This document shows positions 11,901 through 21,594 of a stretch of 64,000 nucleotides of DNA, in pieces. Every line of letters begins with the position of its first letter. The stretch's first letter is position 1. Source of the DNA: Bryobacterales bacterium. Lineage in GTDB: Bacteria; Acidobacteriota; Terriglobia; Bryobacterales; Bryobacteraceae. The notes beneath the pieces were generated by a model that was not told the origin of the DNA, made no database searches, and saw only the letters and a list, made by a program, of their open reading frames with translations. Made by a program: the position numbers and the translations under genes. The stretch lies in assembly GCA_963779075.1 (NCBI GenBank), contig CAVZWS010000007.1, positions 28,419 to 92,418 on the forward strand, written 5' to 3'.

Positions 11901-12863
11901 TCTGCACAGACCAGTCACCGTGCACGTGGTGATCCGTGACGATACGGGTGCGCCGATGGCGTCCGTACAGCCTATCCAGTTGACGGCTGGCGACCATTTC
12001 CAGTTCGGGTTGGCCGACCAATTCCCGGTCACGGCGAACAAACGCGGCACCATCGAGTTCGATACGCCGTCGCCTGGGCAGATCAGCGTGCTGGGACTGC
12101 GCTTCACGCCGCCGAACAACGCGCTCACGACGATTCCTGCTTTGGCGAATGTCGGCACCGGAGGCGGCAGCATCGCGCATCTGGCTTCGGGCGGTGATGG
12201 CTGGCAAACCACGTTCGTGCTGGTCAACGCCGGAACCAGCTGCGGCGTCGGCGACTCTCAGCTTTTTACGCCGATCAAAATAGCCCTAATCCCGGCGGTC
12301 TTCTGCCCCTGCCGCTTTCTTTTCCACAATCCGGCACCGCTAACATTTATCCAGTTCCCGCGGTCACTGAAAACCTGCTTCCTGGGGCGACCCTGCTGAT
12401 CGTAAGCAGTGGAACCGGGGATCTGATCACGGGCTCGGCGCAACTCAGCACTACCGGAAACGTCAGCGGCTTCGTGATCTTCCGTCACAACAACCAGGAA
12501 GCGGTGGTGCCGCTGGAGAGCCGTAACGCCAACGCCTACGTTTTGGCTTTCGATAACACCGACGGCACCGCCACTGGCATTGCTGTGAATAGCGTCTCGA
12601 CGGCGCCGCAGGTAAGTATCCCGGTAGTGGTTCGCGACGAGACGGGGAACCAAATCGCAACCGATACGATTACCATGGCCCCTAACGGGCACGTTGCGTT
12701 TACACTAGGGATCGATAAATTTCAGAACGTCCCCAACATCCTCAATATTCGCGGCACCATCGAGTTCGACAAACCGCCTAACACCTCCATCGGCGCGCTT
12801 GGCATTCGCATTCCGACTGGAGCCACGCACACATTTACCACCTTGCCCGCGCTTGCGAAATAA
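8930..12863 (+). pseudogene. giant secreted NHL-repeat protein (about 1,300 aa) with Ig/BACON-like modules and two tandem C-terminal domains; frame interrupted at least 10 times
   Basis: Signal peptide MRKIVGPVILALLFSGAAFSQ. At least 12 NHL units (GNLYIADSGNNVVRKV, GNLYIADYGNNRVRMIS and others) are spread over ORF-track fragments 8930, 9099, 9196, 9326, 9357, 9679 and 10676. Fragments 10676, 11373, 11842 and 12474 continue the same protein across frame changes, for example RSGTL/TVAGLSFNVEQQ at about 11370. Confidence 0.75.
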
Positions 12864-13299
12864 CCGGGCTTCGCGAAGCGTGGCGCACCGGCGCGCAGAG
12901 AGGTAGTCGGATAATTTCTGGTTGATCGTGGTGGCGGTCGAGCGAGCCGGATAGGCGTGGGACATGATAGACTGTCCATCGAAAGCGAGGCTCCGATATG
13001 CTGGCGTTCATCTTCCCGTTCCAATCAATCCCCTGGACCGTAGGGGTCCCGTTCGTCGTGGTCGTTATCGGCGGCATTATCCTTAAGACGAAACTCGCCA
13101 GACCATCCCGGTAATGGCTTAGTCATCGCATTACGCCGCGTCCAGGATTTCGCGAACGCTCCAGATGTGATCGCTGATACCGCCGTTATAAGAACGGCGT
13201 CAACCAACTTCTATCCGACTAACCGCCGAGAACCGCCGCGTGCGAAATCATGCAATGATCGTATCTGCGTCAATTCATATTCATGATGAGGAGCAAAGT

Positions 13300-13719
13300 A
13301 TGAAATCGATTCAGAAGTGGACTGTCGGGGGCTTGCTAGGTGTGGGTCTCGTGGCGGTTGGATTCGTCGCAGCAGCCAGCGGCCTGTGGGCCCAGAACCC
13401 CGGAATCAAGCGCACGGTTGTGTACACGGGCGATGTATCGGTCCCGGGCCGCGAGGCTAGAATCGCGTCGGTCGAGATCGCGCCTGGAGCGAGCGCCGGA
13501 CGCCATACCCATCCCGGCGATGAGATCACCTATGTCATGGAAGGCCAGGGCGAACTGCTGATCGATGGAGAGCTTGCTCTGAAGTTCAAAGCGGGAGACG
13601 GCTTCGTGGTGAAGGCCGGCTTGAAGCACGATGCGCATAACACCGGCACGCAACCGCTCAAGTTGGCCGCGATTTATGTGGTCGACAAGGGCAAGCCCAT
13701 CGCCACTCCAGTGCCCTAA
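13300..13719 (+). CDS. secreted cupin-domain protein
   Basis: GAGGAG RBS before ATG 13300. A signal/TM segment is followed by cupin motifs GRHTHPGDEITYVMEGQGELLIDG and GLKHDAHNTG. Confidence 0.8.
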   Translation: MKSIQKWTVGGLLGVGLVAVGFVAAASGLWAQNPGIKRTVVYTGDVSVPGREARIASVEIAPGASAGRHTHPGDEITYVMEGQGELLIDGELALKFKAGDGFVVKAGLKHDAHNTGTQPLKLAAIYVVDKGKPIATPVP

Positions 13720-13723
13720 CGCG

Positions 13724-13744
13724 CTAAGTCCACTTGAGACTTAG
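13724..13744. terminator. weak hairpin between convergent genes
   Basis: CTAAGTC-cacttga-GACTTAG lies 5 nt after the cupin stop. There is no U-tract. Confidence 0.3.
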
Positions 13745-13771
13745 CCGCGGACGCCAGCGCCGCGACCTTGA

Positions 13772-15088
13772 TCACAGCCGCGCGATTTCATCCAGCAAGC
13801 TGCTGAGCGCCTTGCGAAACTGATCGGGCGAGTACACGTCATAGAGCCGCGGTTGCAGCGGCTTTAACAGGGGCTGGAGGGAATCGAACGCCTCAGGCGG
13901 CCCGGCGGGCTGTGGCATGCTCCCGTAGCCGCGCCGACCCATTCTCGCAAACTGTTCGTACCCCAGCGGCGTCCGCTCCGGCGGCAGATGGTAGCGCACG
14001 AAATACAGCGGGCCCTGCGGTTTCGTTTCCTGTTCGGTGGCACGGGATTTTTCGCCGGAATCCAGCGTCATGGGCGCCGCGAGAACAATCAGCACATGCA
14101 AGGGTTCGTTCACGGCCCCTGCCGGGCTGCTGGAGGGAGCCAGACGCTCGCGCACTTGCTGCAGGAAGTACGGCGCGTTTTGTTCGCGATGTTCCAGCGA
14201 TTTGACGTCGATTTTATTGGGATCGGCCTGGGTTAATGCAGAGCTCAGGCGCGTCCAATCCAATTGGTGCACCGCGTCCTGTTCAAAAATGACGTGGCGG
14301 TTGGAAATATCCAGCAGCGTGATGTGCAGGCTCCCGCCGGCCACTTCCATCTGCGAAAACACTTTCAACGCAGGCACCAGGTTGGCCAAGTTCCGATTGT
14401 TGGCGGTTCCCGTGTTTAATCCGCGGCTGGGGCCGGAGGGCGAGGCGTTCATCAGCACCTCGACGCGAACCGGGCGGCGTGCGGCGACGGGTAGCTGCAA
14501 ATGTGAGCTGACGTAGGGGACATACCAGCTATCGGGCGGCTCCGTCGCGCGGAGCAGTTCCACGGACGGCAGATCCTGCCACGCGCTCGGCAGCGGGTCG
14601 TTGCGCAGCGGATTCACGTGCAGCGTCTTTTGCTCGGCCCAATGATCGCGGGTCTTCGCGTCGAAAATCACCACGCCTACGCGGTAATCGCCCGGCAGAA
14701 CAAAGGCGTCCTGAAGGTATTGGATATTGGAATTGCCCGTATCATCCTTCACCTCCTGCAAATCGATGCCTCCATGTGTCTGGTATAACCGCTTGGCGCT
14801 GTCCTCGAATTGAATCATGACCCCTAGCTCGCCATGGCCGCGGCGGCTAACGAGTTCGTTGCCATCCACTTGAATTTCCACTCTGGTCTGGAGCCGTTGA
14901 TGGTTGTTGAGCGCGGCCGCGCCCACCCGCACGGACCAACGGAGATTGGTCGGCTCGCCTTCCGCTAGCCAGCGCTCGAACGGCACCGTGGAAAAAGCGG
15001 GATCGGGCGCACCTCGGCCTTGGGCATGCACGGTTGAGATGGCGGCAAGGCCGAGCGCCAACAATGGAAGTAAGGATTTGAACTTCAC
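13772..15088 (-). CDS. hypothetical secreted protein
   Basis: Intact 438-aa ORF with signal peptide MKFKSLLPLLALGLAAISTVHA. No family recognised. Confidence 0.6.
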   Translation of the reverse strand: MKFKSLLPLLALGLAAISTVHAQGRGAPDPAFSTVPFERWLAEGEPTNLRWSVRVGAAALNNHQRLQTRVEIQVDGNELVSRRGHGELGVMIQFEDSAKRLYQTHGGIDLQEVKDDTGNSNIQYLQDAFVLPGDYRVGVVIFDAKTRDHWAEQKTLHVNPLRNDPLPSAWQDLPSVELLRATEPPDSWYVPYVSSHLQLPVAARRPVRVEVLMNASPSGPSRGLNTGTANNRNLANLVPALKVFSQMEVAGGSLHITLLDISNRHVIFEQDAVHQLDWTRLSSALTQADPNKIDVKSLEHREQNAPYFLQQVRERLAPSSSPAGAVNEPLHVLIVLAAPMTLDSGEKSRATEQETKPQGPLYFVRYHLPPERTPLGYEQFARMGRRGYGSMPQPAGPPEAFDSLQPLLKPLQPRLYDVYSPDQFRKALSSLLDEIARL

Positions 15089-15165
15089 TGCTTTCTTCTC
15101 ATTATTGCGCTTGGCGGTGAGACGCGGCCCGATGCCGCGCCGTTTCGGCGGTTCACTTGGCTTTT

Positions 15166-15492
15166 TTACTTCACGGCGGCTATCGAATCCACCTGGATGG
15201 CGCTGGTCTTGGCGTTGAGTGTGCCGGTGATGGTCACCCTCTTACCAGCGAACTTTTCCGGCGTCTGCTGGTCGCTCAGGTCGTAGGCTGCCTTCCCGTC
15301 GTAAAGAACGTAGGTGGCGCCGTGGGCCAGGATACAGGCAATGGTGCACTCAGCATCCGTCGGTCCCATTTGCATTCGCGAGTGATCGCCTCTGGCGCAC
15401 ATGCTGTCCGTGATGACGCCGCTGAAGGTCTGCTTGCCGGGCTGCGCGGAAAGCGCGGCAAGCGCCAGCAGGCTGAATAGCAAAGGCTTCAT
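15166..15492 (-). CDS. small secreted Cys-containing protein of unknown function
   Basis: 108 aa with signal peptide MKPLLFSLLALAALSA. The mature part has three Cys (SMCARGDH...DAECTIAC) and an OB-like tail GKRVTITGTLNAKTSAIQVDSI. Confidence 0.6.
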   Translation of the reverse strand: MKPLLFSLLALAALSAQPGKQTFSGVITDSMCARGDHSRMQMGPTDAECTIACILAHGATYVLYDGKAAYDLSDQQTPEKFAGKRVTITGTLNAKTSAIQVDSIAAVK

Positions 15493-15498
15493 TACGCT

Positions 15499-16047
15499 CT
15501 AGTGGCCCGGTGTCATGAGGTGGGCGGTGGAGGTGCCCGCATTCATGATCCACGCGCCACCCTGCTTGGCATTGTCCGGCAGTCCGGTGGATTGCGTGGT
15601 GGCGCCGGGTAGCGCGACGGTGGTGTGTGGTCGCGCTGTGGCCTGGTCGGGCCCGTTCAGCATGTACCACACCGATCCATACTCGGGCTTCACGCGCGAG
15701 CCGTTGGCCTCGGCGGCATCGATCGCCGCTTGTCTCGCGGCCTTGTCGGGCATGGCTTCAAACTTCCGGTTCTGTGCGACCCGCTCCAAGTTGCCGATGC
15801 TGGTACACTGCACCGCGAACGGCGCGTGTCCGAGTTCGCCTGACCGGTCGTAGCAGACCAGCCGATTCGTGCCTTTCTTGAGGGTGTCGTAGGTGTTGTC
15901 GGCTTTCCACTTGATGACCGTGGCGCCCTCCTTCTGCTGGGCCGGCGCGGCGGCCAAGGCGCGATTGATGGCGTCGGCGTCAGCTTGCGCGAACGCGCTG
16001 GCTGCAACCGCCAGCACGCCAAGAACGATGGGGATTGTGCGTTTCAT
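15499..16047 (-). CDS. hypothetical secreted protein
   Basis: Start moved to the internal ATG at 16047, giving signal peptide MKRTIPIVLGVLAVAASAFA. No family recognised. Confidence 0.55.
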   Translation of the reverse strand: MKRTIPIVLGVLAVAASAFAQADADAINRALAAAPAQQKEGATVIKWKADNTYDTLKKGTNRLVCYDRSGELGHAPFAVQCTSIGNLERVAQNRKFEAMPDKAARQAAIDAAEANGSRVKPEYGSVWYMLNGPDQATARPHTTVALPGATTQSTGLPDNAKQGGAWIMNAGTSTAHLMTPGH

Positions 16048-16145
16048 TCGGTGACCCTCCAGTTGGTCCGCCTGGAATAGTAGTATATCGCGCACGCACG
16101 CCCCCATTCGGAAATGCTTCGCGGAAATGCTATCCTGGTGGTGTT

Positions 16146-16355
16146 ATGTCTATTCCGAACGTGAAACGGTACCGCATTACCAGTCCCGACGGCAGCATGT
16201 CCGCCAGCCTGATGGCTGTGCTCCCTAAAGATCTCGACGTCAATAAATATCTATCGGAAGCCGCTCAGAGGTTCGACTGGAAAGCGTACCAGGAAGCCCA
16301 GGCGAAACAGTTCAAGGTTCGCGTCGGTCAGCAGAAACAGAAGAAAGCGAAGTAG
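16146..16355 (+). CDS. small hypothetical protein with Lys-rich tail
   Basis: ATG at 16146 (MSIPNVKRYRITSPDG...QQKQKKAK). Short, with no family recognised. Confidence 0.3.
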   Translation: MSIPNVKRYRITSPDGSMSASLMAVLPKDLDVNKYLSEAAQRFDWKAYQEAQAKQFKVRVGQQKQKKAK

Positions 16356-16371
16356 TTTCGCGCTTCTACTG

Positions 16372-17652
16372 CTACGGCAGCCGAGCCCGCAGTATACGCA
16401 GGCTGCGGATGCCTTCGGCCGCTACATCCGTATCCGGATCCATCGAGAGCGTTTCGAGCGACGGGATGCTGTCTTTGTCGCCGGAACGCGCCAGTACGAT
16501 ACTCAACTGAATTTTCTCGTCCTTGGTGGCCGTGCCCAGCATGCTGTAGATGGTCTGCCGGATGGGCTGCTCGCGGGCCAACTCGATCAGGAACGCGACC
16601 GCTACTCCGCGCCACGCCCGCTGATTCACGGAATTGAGCAGGTACTGCAACGGCCCGTACCGGTCGGTCTGTAACGCGCCCAACATGACCAGCGCGAAGG
16701 CCGCCGACAGGCGCGGATTCATGCCATGCTCGGTCTCGAACGCCTGATTCAGAGCCGATCGGTCCGTCTGATTCTTCAGCCGGCCCAAGCCTTCTTCCGC
16801 CGCGGCCCGCACCAGGTCGTCTTTGTCGGAAAGATTCTGCAGGAAGATGGCATGGTCCGCCGGATCGGCGATCATGGCCAGCGCTTCGAGCGCCGCGCGC
16901 CGTACTTTCACGGTTCGCGCGTGCTCCAGGGCGTCGCGCACTTTCGGCGCGGCCTCCCGATTGCGCAGCAGGCCGGTGGTCTCTAGCGCCTGCACTTGAA
17001 TTTTTTCCTCCAGATCGCCCAGCAGGAAACTAAATCGTGGCGCCGCCGCCGGATCGCCAATTTTCTGGATCGCCACTAGCGACTCATACATCAGCTTGTC
17101 GTCTTTGGAGCGCAGGGCCTCGATCAAATCCGGTATCGCGGCACGGCCGCGCAGCACACCCAGCGCCCGCGCCGCATTGGCACGCGCATCCAGGCTGGCG
17201 GCGCCACGCGCGAGTTTCCCCAGCGCGACGATCACGTCCGGGCGCACTTGCACGAAGGGGTCGATCACCTGGTCGTTGTTATCGGTAAATTTGCCGGTCA
17301 CCGACGAGCCGACGCGCGAAAGGTGCCCGCTCAGTCCGGTCTTGACGAAACCGGGCAAATACACGTTAACCAAGCCGTCGGTCGCCCGAATCTGAATTTC
17401 CGCGTCGTTGTCGCCGGCGGCGCGAACCAGCCCGTCGAGCGTCTTGGGGCCGCCGATTTGGATCAGCGCTTTGACCGCTTCGACGCGGACTCCCACGTCG
17501 GGGTCGCTCAACGACGGAACGATCTTCGGAATCGCGTCTTCGCCTTGCTTTGCCAGATCGCGCACCGCGCGGGTGCGCTGTTTCACGTCGGCATCCTGCG
17601 CCTGCAAGAGCGTGAACACCGCCGCGAAGCATAGAAGGAATAGTGGTTTCAC
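16372..17652 (-). CDS. secreted HEAT-repeat protein
   Basis: Signal peptide MKPLFLLCFAAVFTLLQA. Repeated HEAT-like units follow (DPDVGVRVEAVKALIQIGGP, DNDAEIQIRATDGL, ARANAARALGVLRGRAAIPDLIEAL). Confidence 0.75.
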   Translation of the reverse strand: MKPLFLLCFAAVFTLLQAQDADVKQRTRAVRDLAKQGEDAIPKIVPSLSDPDVGVRVEAVKALIQIGGPKTLDGLVRAAGDNDAEIQIRATDGLVNVYLPGFVKTGLSGHLSRVGSSVTGKFTDNNDQVIDPFVQVRPDVIVALGKLARGAASLDARANAARALGVLRGRAAIPDLIEALRSKDDKLMYESLVAIQKIGDPAAAPRFSFLLGDLEEKIQVQALETTGLLRNREAAPKVRDALEHARTVKVRRAALEALAMIADPADHAIFLQNLSDKDDLVRAAAEEGLGRLKNQTDRSALNQAFETEHGMNPRLSAAFALVMLGALQTDRYGPLQYLLNSVNQRAWRGVAVAFLIELAREQPIRQTIYSMLGTATKDEKIQLSIVLARSGDKDSIPSLETLSMDPDTDVAAEGIRSLRILRARLP

Positions 17653-18488
17653 CGCACGAACTCAACCTGAACGCGGTGCGGGATCAGCCCTGCCTCGTAG
17701 CCCATATCGAGCAGCTTCTGCGCGGCCTTGGGCACAATCTCCCCGCAATCCACGGTGTAGTGATTGACGTACATACCCACGAATTTCTCCGCCAGCGCGG
17801 GGTCCATATCGCGGGCAAATTGCAATGCGTAATTCAGAGCTTCTTCACGATGATCGATGGCGTACTGGATGCTCTCGCGCATCAGGCGGCAGCACTCGCT
17901 GGCCATTTCCGGACTCAGATCGCGCCGCAGCGCATTGGCGCCCAGCGGCAAGGGCAGATCGTAGGTGTCCTTGAACCAGCGGCCCAAGTCGACGACATTA
18001 TGGAAGCCTGCGTTCGAGTAGGTCAACTGGGCCTCGTGAATGATCAAGCCGGCATCGGCCTTGCCGTCCTCGACTGCACCTAAAATTTTATCAAACGGCG
18101 TATCCACGGCTTCAAAGTCCGGCTGCATCAAGCGCATTGCCAGATAGGCCGTGGTGAGCCGGCCGGGAATCGCGATGCGCTTGCCCTTTAGCTCCTCGAC
18201 CGACATGGGATGCGACGCCACCACCATCGGGCCGTAGCCGTCGCCGATGCTCGATCCGGCGGCCATCAGTTGGTACTTGTCGGCAACATACGGATAGGCG
18301 TGGTAGGAGATCGCCGTCAGCTCATACTCGCCCGCCCGCGCCTTCTGGTTCAGGGTCTGGATGTCGTCCAGGACATGGCGAAACTGCACCAGATTCGACC
18401 GTATTTTACGCGTAGCCAGGGCGTAAAACATGTAAGCGTCATCGGAGTCCGGACTATGGGCACAAACAATTTCAGCAGGGAGCGACAT
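17649..18488 (-). CDS. MqnA/MqnD/SBP-fold family protein (futalosine-pathway-like)
   Basis: Start at the internal ATG 18488 (MSLPAEIVCAHSPDSDDAYMFYAL). The SPDxDD..MFYAL N-terminus and overall length fit the menaquinone MqnA/MqnD family. Its stop overlaps the HEAT gene start. Confidence 0.6.
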   Translation of the reverse strand: MSLPAEIVCAHSPDSDDAYMFYALATRKIRSNLVQFRHVLDDIQTLNQKARAGEYELTAISYHAYPYVADKYQLMAAGSSIGDGYGPMVVASHPMSVEELKGKRIAIPGRLTTAYLAMRLMQPDFEAVDTPFDKILGAVEDGKADAGLIIHEAQLTYSNAGFHNVVDLGRWFKDTYDLPLPLGANALRRDLSPEMASECCRLMRESIQYAIDHREEALNYALQFARDMDPALAEKFVGMYVNHYTVDCGEIVPKAAQKLLDMGYEAGLIPHRVQVEFVR

Positions 18489-18674
18489 GCGTTGGAGTGA
18501 AATTAGATGATAGCAGGTGGCGCCGCGAAGCTCGCATCCGATTGTGCGCAGCTGTGCGCGGTTTAGGCAGGCGCCGGCAAGCCTTCGATCGATCCAAAGC
18601 TCGCAGCCGCGGTAGTGTCTGAAATCCACGGCGCCTGTTGGCCCGATGTACAATAAATCGTTTGGAATAAAACT

Positions 18675-19872
18675 ATGTCCTACTCAAGCGGCCGTCAATT
18701 TCTTCAACTTCCGGGTCCCACCAACGTCCCCGAGCGTGTTTTGCGTGCCATGTCGCGCCCTACAATCGATCATCGCGGGCCGGATTTCGCCCGCCTGGGG
18801 CTGGAGGTACTCGAGGGATTGAAAGAGGTCTTCCAGACCAAGGGGCATGTGGTTATCTTCCCGTCCTCGGGCACCGGCGCCTGGGAGGCCGCGCTGACAA
18901 ACACCCTCTCGCCCGGCGACAAGATTCTGATGTTCGAAAGCGGCCACTTCGCCACCTTGTGGATTGAGATGGCGCGAAGACTGGGCCTGGACGTCGACGT
19001 GGTGCCGACCGATTGGCGCCACGCTCCCGATCCGCAGGTGATCGAAGCCAAGCTGGCGGAAGATAGCGGCCACAAGATCAAGGCCGTGTGCGTGGTGCAC
19101 AACGAAACTTCGACTGGCGTCACCAGCCGGGTGGCCGCCATCCGCGAGGCTATCAACCGCACGCACCATCCGGCGCTGTTTCTGGTCGACACCATCTCGT
19201 CACTCGCGTCTATCGATTTCCGGCACGATGAGTGGCAAGTGGACGTGACGGTGACCGGGATCGCAAAAAGGCCTGATGCTGCCGCCGGGCCTGGGGTTTA
19301 ATGCGGTCAGTGAAAAGGCGCTGGCGGCTTCGAAGTCGGCGAAACTCCCGAGGGCCTACTGGGAGTGGGAGCCGATGATCAAGCAAAACGCCGCGGGTTT
19401 CTTCCCGTATACGCCGGCTACCAATCTGCTGTATGGCCTGAAAGAGGCGCTTCACATGCTGCTGCGCGAGGAAGGCTTGAAGAACGTATTTGCGCGGCAC
19501 AAGCGTCATGGGGAAGCTACGCGGCGCGCCGTTAAGGCTTGGGGCCTGGAAAACGTGACGGCCGATTCGAGGGAATATAGCGATTCGGTGACGGCCATCT
19601 ATACGCCCGCCGGCCACTCCGCCGACGGCCTCCGCAAAGTGATTCTGGAGCGCTTCGATATGCCGCTCGGCACCGGCCTCGGCAAGTTGCAGGACAAGGT
19701 TTTCCGCATCGGACACCTTGGTGACTTCAACGATCTGATGCTGGCCGGAACCCTGTGCGGCGTCGAGATGGGTCTGGAGATCGCCGGCGTTCCTCATCGC
19801 AAGGGCGGCGTGGCAACGGCGATGGATTATTTGACGGAATCGCTCAAAGTGGAGCACGCAGTAGCGCGTTGA
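18675..19872 (+). pseudogene. class V aminotransferase (serine/alanine-glyoxylate type), one frameshift
   Basis: Fragments 18675..19301 and 19276..19872 join into one protein. Deleting one G from the GGG run at 19257-19259 restores VTVTGSQKGLMLPPGLGF, including the PLP-lysine motif SQK. Confidence 0.8.
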
Positions 19873-20054
19873 CACCCGATTTGACCAGCTGCGGGCGCCG
19901 GTTCCGGCCTTGTGGGCCAGGTGGGGGCCGGCGCTTTCCGGCGCGAGATTTTACGGGCCCGCTTCCGATTTCTGTTATACTGAACGCAGATGTTGACCCA
20001 GCCTCCGCGCCCGCGGATGTCCGGTTTCGTGTTGCACTCCTGCACTTCCCCTGA

Positions 20055-21092
20055 ATGAAATCCAGCGTACAAATCAGCCGTGGCATTGAATCCCTGTTTG
20101 GGACCCGCGATGAAAATATCCGCCTGATCGAATCCGGCCTGCAAGTCCGCACGCGGTTGCTCAATGACTCGCTGGAAATTGAAGGCGACGACGCGGCGGT
20201 CGCTCGCGCCGCCAGCATCCTGGACGATTATGTGGCGTTGATGCAGGCCGGGCACGTGTTCAATAACGGCGATCTCAACAGCTTCCTGCGGGTGGTGACC
20301 GCGGACCCCGACGCCAGTCTCCGCCGTCTGGTGGAAAGCGGCAAGCAGCGCAGCTTCGGCAAGAAAATCATTACGCCGAAGACCATGAACCAGCGGCGCT
20401 ACTTCGACGCCATCGAACATCATGATCTGGTTTTCGGCATCGGCCCCGCCGGCACCGGGAAGACCTACCTGGCCGTGGCCATGGCCGTTTCGGCGCTGCT
20501 CTCGAAGCGGGTGAGCCGCATCGTGCTGACCCGTCCCGCGGTCGAAGCTGGCGAGCGCCTGGGCTTCCTGCCCGGCACGCTGCAGGAGAAAGTCGATCCG
20601 TACCTGCGCCCTCTCTACGACGCGCTTTACGATATGATCGAAGCGGAAAAAGTGGAAAAGCTGCTGGAGCGCAACACCATTGAAATCGCGCCGCTCGCGT
20701 TCATGCGCGGCCGGACTCTCAACGACAGTTTCATCATCATGGACGAAGCCCAGAACACCTCGCCCGAACAGATGAAGATGATCCTGACGCGGCAGGGCTT
20801 CAATTCCAAGATGGTGGTCACCGGCGACGTGACGCAAATCGATTTGCCTCCGGGAATGCGCAGCGGATTGGTGGAAGTGGTCGACGTCCTGCGCAACGTG
20901 GAAGGCATCAGCTTCGTTCAATTCGACGACCGCGACGTCGTGCGCCACAATCTGGTGCAGAAGATCGTCAAGGCCTACGAGCGCTACAACGAAATCATCG
21001 GTGTTAACCGCCAGTTGACGCTCAAACTCTCGGAGACGGCGCCCGCCGAGGCTGCCGCGGAGCCGGTGACGATTCCTGAAACAGCGGCCTGA
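20055..21092 (+). CDS. phoH: PhoH-like ATPase
   Basis: Walker [14 protein letters not shown] and IIMDEAQNT. Conserved neighbourhood with ybeY, corC and era. Confidence 0.9.
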   Translation: MKSSVQISRGIESLFGTRDENIRLIESGLQVRTRLLNDSLEIEGDDAAVARAASILDDYVALMQAGHVFNNGDLNSFLRVVTADPDASLRRLVESGKQRSFGKKIITPKTMNQRRYFDAIEHHDLVFGIGPAGTGKTYLAVAMAVSALLSKRVSRIVLTRPAVEAGERLGFLPGTLQEKVDPYLRPLYDALYDMIEAEKVEKLLERNTIEIAPLAFMRGRTLNDSFIIMDEAQNTSPEQMKMILTRQGFNSKMVVTGDVTQIDLPPGMRSGLVEVVDVLRNVEGISFVQFDDRDVVRHNLVQKIVKAYERYNEIIGVNRQLTLKLSETAPAEAAAEPVTIPETAA

Positions 21093-21102
21093 GGCCGCCT
21101 CC

Positions 21103-21594
21103 ATGTCACCCGACGACATACCGCTGCTTTTCCATTCTTCGTCCCGTATTGCCCGGCGGGTTGATCGGGAAGAGCTGCGTGGCTTTTTGGGCGAGCTCAC
21201 ACGGCGTGTCGCGGACGGCCGGACCATTACCTGCCTGATCGCGGATGACGCGGAAGTCCGCCGCCTTAACCGGCAATTTCGCGGGAAGAATCAGGCGACC
21301 GACGTTCTGTCGTTTCCCCCAGCAAACCCGAACGGACTCGCAGGCGACATCGCCATCTCCTTCGATCGCGCCCGCATGCAGGCCACCGAGCGCGGACATT
21401 CGCTCACCGATGAACTGCGAATCCTGATGCTTCACGGCGCTTTGCACCTGGCGGGGATGGATCATGAATCCGACTCCGGCGAAATGGCGCGAGCCGAAAG
21501 CCGCTGGCGTAAGCGGCTGGGACTGCCGGACGGGCTGATCGAGCGCGCCAAACGCCCGGCTCGCAAGCCAAACCCCAAGAAGGCCAAGCGATGA
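21103..21594 (+). CDS. ybeY: rRNA maturation endoribonuclease YbeY
   Basis: Zinc motif HGALHLAGMDHE. 163 aa. Confidence 0.9.
   Translation: MSPDDIPLLFHSSSRIARRVDREELRGFLGELTRRVADGRTITCLIADDAEVRRLNRQFRGKNQATDVLSFPPANPNGLAGDIAISFDRARMQATERGHSLTDELRILMLHGALHLAGMDHESDSGEMARAESRWRKRLGLPDGLIERAKRPARKPNPKKAKR

Noticed and set aside
19827-21227. 466-aa ORF on the minus strand, the longest ORF in this stretch
   Set aside because: It is antisense to the clearly recognisable phoH and ybeY genes. The translation is Arg/His/Gly/Ala-rich with no motifs, which is typical of a shadow ORF in a high-GC genome.
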